Shown here one piece after another: positions 61,634 to 64,000 of a DNA stretch of 64,000 nt. Within the stretch, counting starts at the first letter, position 1, and every line of letters begins with the position of its first letter. The DNA lies in the NCBI GenBank assembly GCA_963748015.1, contig CAVVHE010000005.1, forward strand, positions 352,001 to 416,000, written 5' to 3'. The notes beneath the pieces were generated by a model, which searched no databases, had not been told where the DNA came from, and saw nothing but the letters and a program-made list of their open reading frames with translations. The position numbers were made by a program, and so were the translations under genes. Source of the DNA: Terriglobia bacterium. Lineage in GTDB: Bacteria; Acidobacteriota; Polarisedimenticolia; Polarisedimenticolales; JAIQFR01.

Positions 61634-64000
61634 TCACTGCGGGGCAAGCGGCCCGTCACCGACCAGCTCACGCTCGGACAACCTCGTGCCGTAGAACAGG
61701 CCGCGCGAAGCGCGGTAGTTCAGCCGCGTGTCGATCGCGGTGTGCAGCGGGCAGGTGCGGCGGGCTCGGTCCGCGTAGTCCGGGAACGCGCGCACGCGGT
61801 GGGCCCACAGGTCATCGAACCCCTTGATCCCCAGCTCGGACAGCGACGCCAGCACGGCCGGGTGCGCCGCCAGCCGCTCGCGGGCTCGCGCCTCCGCACC
61901 CTCCGGCGATCCGCGAGAGGCGACGATCAGCAAGTCGCCCTCCGTCGCTCGAAACGCCGTCAGCTCAGGGAAGACCTTGCCGATGGTGGCCACGACCGAG
62001 CAGACCACCTCGCTGTCCGTCTCGTAAAGGTGCAACCACTGCAGCAGCACCCCTCCGTCCGCCAAGCGCGCGTCGATCGATCGGAAGAACTCGAGCGTGA
62101 AAAGCAGGTCGCTGCCTCCGCCCCACAGGTTGCTTGGCTCCGATACGATGAGGTCCCAGGTGTTTTCGGGGCGGCGCAGATAGAACCGCGCGTCTCCCAC
62201 GTGGATGCGCAGCCGGGGGTCGGAGCCGACGTCGTGAGTGTGCGCGCCGAACAGCGGCAAGGCCTGCACGACGTTGGGCGACACCTCGGCCAGGTCGATG
62301 ACCTGCAACTCGGGCCAGAGGGTCAGCTCGCCGGCGGTGACTCCGGTGCCCTGGCCGACGATCAGGGCACGCCGGGTGCCCGAGGCCAGCAACATCGGCA
62401 AGTGGGCCGACAATCGCAGCGTCTCTTGGTCGATCAGCGTGTTCGAGTCGTTCTTCCCGTTGATGTAGATCTCGAGCGGTCGCGGCAGGGGCAATTCCCA
62501 GGCCGGCGCTTCGAGGACGGCCACCGAGTCCAGCGGCCCGTCTTCCTGGTGGACGAAGTTGTGGTTGATCATGCGCGCGGCGTGGAATGCTCGTGGACCG
62601 GAAAACGTGGCGCTCGTCACCGCGTGCATCCGGTAGGTGCCCAGGGCCAGGCGGTGAGGATCGAAGCCGGGGAGCCGGAAGCCGGCGAACACCGTGACGG
62701 CGACGAGCGCGATCGCTACCGGACGCGCCGCGCGCCCGGCCCCCGGGGCGGCGAGCCAGGCCATCACGCCGGCCAAGATCGGCGCAACCAGCAGCACCCG
62801 CGGCAGGTCGACCAGGTGGAACAGGAGGAATCCGCCGGAGAGGCCGCCGGCGAGCGCGCCTAGCGCATTCCAGGCCAGCAGCCTACCGGAGGTTCGACCC
62901 GCGCCGGCAATCGACGCGCGCCGCTCGTGAAACGCGAGCGGAATGATCGCTCCCATCGGGGCCGCGGCGAAGAGCAGCGCCAGCGAGAGGATCAGCCAGG
63001 TCAATGCATGGTAGGCACCGAAACCGAATCCGCCCGAACCGGGTAGAAAGCGCAGGGCGTGCGCCAGCCACGGCCAGGTGTCGTAAGTCGGAAAGAGGAC
63101 GAGCCAGGCGGCGCTCGACGCGGCGCAGGCCGAAAACAGCGCGCTCGCCGGGATCGTCCTGCGGCGCGCGACGATCAGACTCCCCACCGCGATCGACGCG
63201 ACGAACGCCGCGACGACGAGGCAGAAGACGTACGGCGTGCCTCCGAGCACGAGGCCGAGCAACCGGATCAGCGCGCTTTCTTGCGACATCGTGGCCATGC
63301 CCGCGAGAAGCGAGATCGCCGAAAGCGTCCACACCGGCAGGCGCCGTGCTGCGACCCGGGGTTCGGGCTGCGCGGCGGCGGCCGACGGCTCCGCGGCGCC
63401 CGCCCCGGGCAGAAGGAAGAGGATGGCCGCCGAGGCGAGGTTGAGCACGCCAGCCAGGCGAACCGTCGCGTTGGGGCCCCATGCGGGAAGGAGCACGAAG
63501 CCGGCGCCGAGCGCTCCGGCGACCGCCCCCAACGTGTTCAACCCGTAGACCCGGGCGTGCGTGGCGGTCAGCCCGGACAGCGAGGCGACCAGGCCGCGCG
63601 TCATGAACGGCACGGTGGCACCCATCAACATCGACGGGACCAGCACCAGGGGCAGCGCAGCGCCCAGGCTGCCGGCGATCAGGCCGAACGGGCGCGAGAA
63701 ACTCCATGTCCGCGCCAGGCCATCGACCAGCAAGAAGGTCCAGGGGAAAGCCAATCCCCATACCCCGATCGCCAGCTCCAGCCAGGCGTAAGCCTTCAAG
63801 GGTTGCGAGGTCCGCGCCGAGAGTCCGCCGCAGATCGCGTAGCCGAGGGACAGCCCGCCAAGGAACACGGCCAAGGTGGTTGCCGTCGCGGCGTGGTCGA
63901 CGCCGACGATCGCGCCGAGGTGCCGCTGCCAGGCGACCTCGTAGATCAGACCGGCGGCGCCGGTGGCCAGAAGGACCGCGGCCGCCGGCACTCCGAACCT
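61634..64000 (-). CDS. Membrane-fused spermidine-synthase-like (SAM-binding) protein; 5' end may extend past the window
   Basis: GLIYEVAW, LMGATVP, YGLNTLGA TM region; LIVGQGTGVT, GDAR, DLIVSEPSN, LFTLEFF; frame is open to the window edge. Confidence 0.88.
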   Translation of the reverse strand, partial: RFGVPAAAVLLATGAAGLIYEVAWQRHLGAIVGVDHAATATTLAVFLGGLSLGYAICGGLSARTSQPLKAYAWLELAIGVWGLAFPWTFLLVDGLARTWSFSRPFGLIAGSLGAALPLVLVPSMLMGATVPFMTRGLVASLSGLTATHARVYGLNTLGAVAGALGAGFVLLPAWGPNATVRLAGVLNLASAAILFLLPGAGAAEPSAAAAQPEPRVAARRLPVWTLSAISLLAGMATMSQESALIRLLGLVLGGTPYVFCLVVAAFVASIAVGSLIVARRRTIPASALFSACAASSAAWLVLFPTYDTWPWLAHALRFLPGSGGFGFGAYHALTWLILSLALLFAAAPMGAIIPLAFHERRASIAGAGRTSGRLLAWNALGALAGGLSGGFLLFHLVDLPRVLLVAPILAGVMAWLAAPGAGRAARPVAIALVAVTVFAGFRLPGFDPHRLALGTYRMHAVTSATFSGPRAFHAARMINHNFVHQEDGPLDSVAVLEAPAWELPLPRPLEIYINGKNDSNTLIDQETLRLSAHLPMLLASGTRRALIVGQGTGVTAGELTLWPELQVIDLAEVSPNVVQALPLFGAHTHDVGSDPRLRIHVGDARFYLRRPENTWDLIVSEPSNLWGGGSDLLFTLEFFRSIDARLADGGVLLQWLHLYETDSEVVCSVVATIGKVFPELTAFRATEGDLLIVASRGSPEGAEARARERLAAHPAVLASLSELGIKGFDDLWAHRVRAFPDYADRARRTCPLHTAIDTRLNYRASRGLFYGTRLSERELVGDGPLAPQ

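Overview
High-GC bacterial chromosomal window, diderm by gene content; an Acidobacteriota-like lineage is my inference. Scattered 1-bp indels, including one in the conserved xseA gene, suggest an imperfect long-read assembly. Left flank (1-11.5 kb): DUF4301, an alpha/beta hydrolase, an MgtC/DUF4010 protein, an RHH protein, a DODA-type dioxygenase, an AddAB-type helicase-nuclease pair and an Xre/RES toxin-antitoxin module. The centre (11.6-39.5 kb) is a 28-kb minus-strand block built from only two paralogous families of secreted proteins. The first family is four ~970-aa proteins, each with exactly 12 Kelch-like blades plus PKD/HYR/Ig-like domains; blade scaffolds are near-identical in DNA while the loops are hypervariable, CDR-like and apparently shuffled between genes. 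The second is two ~2,550-aa KP-43-type S8 subtilase multidomain proteins that also differ mainly in discrete loops. This 'variable-loop propeller repertoire + giant protease' locus is the best candidate for an undescribed system. Right flank (39.7-64 kb): a patatin-POTRA-barrel (PlpD-like) protein, Mpg, an active/inactive DUF3857-transglutaminase pair, HAD hydrolase, a sigma54-driven secreted protein, TatD, NUDIX, cysteine desulfurase, ferredoxin, a HARP-like-domain-fused XseA with XseB, Dus, a lipoprotein, DUF2238, a serpin, PadR with its membrane partner, an outer-membrane barrel remnant and a membrane-fused spermidine-synthase-like gene. I found no rRNA, tRNA, CRISPR array, reverse transcriptase, integrase or transposase.
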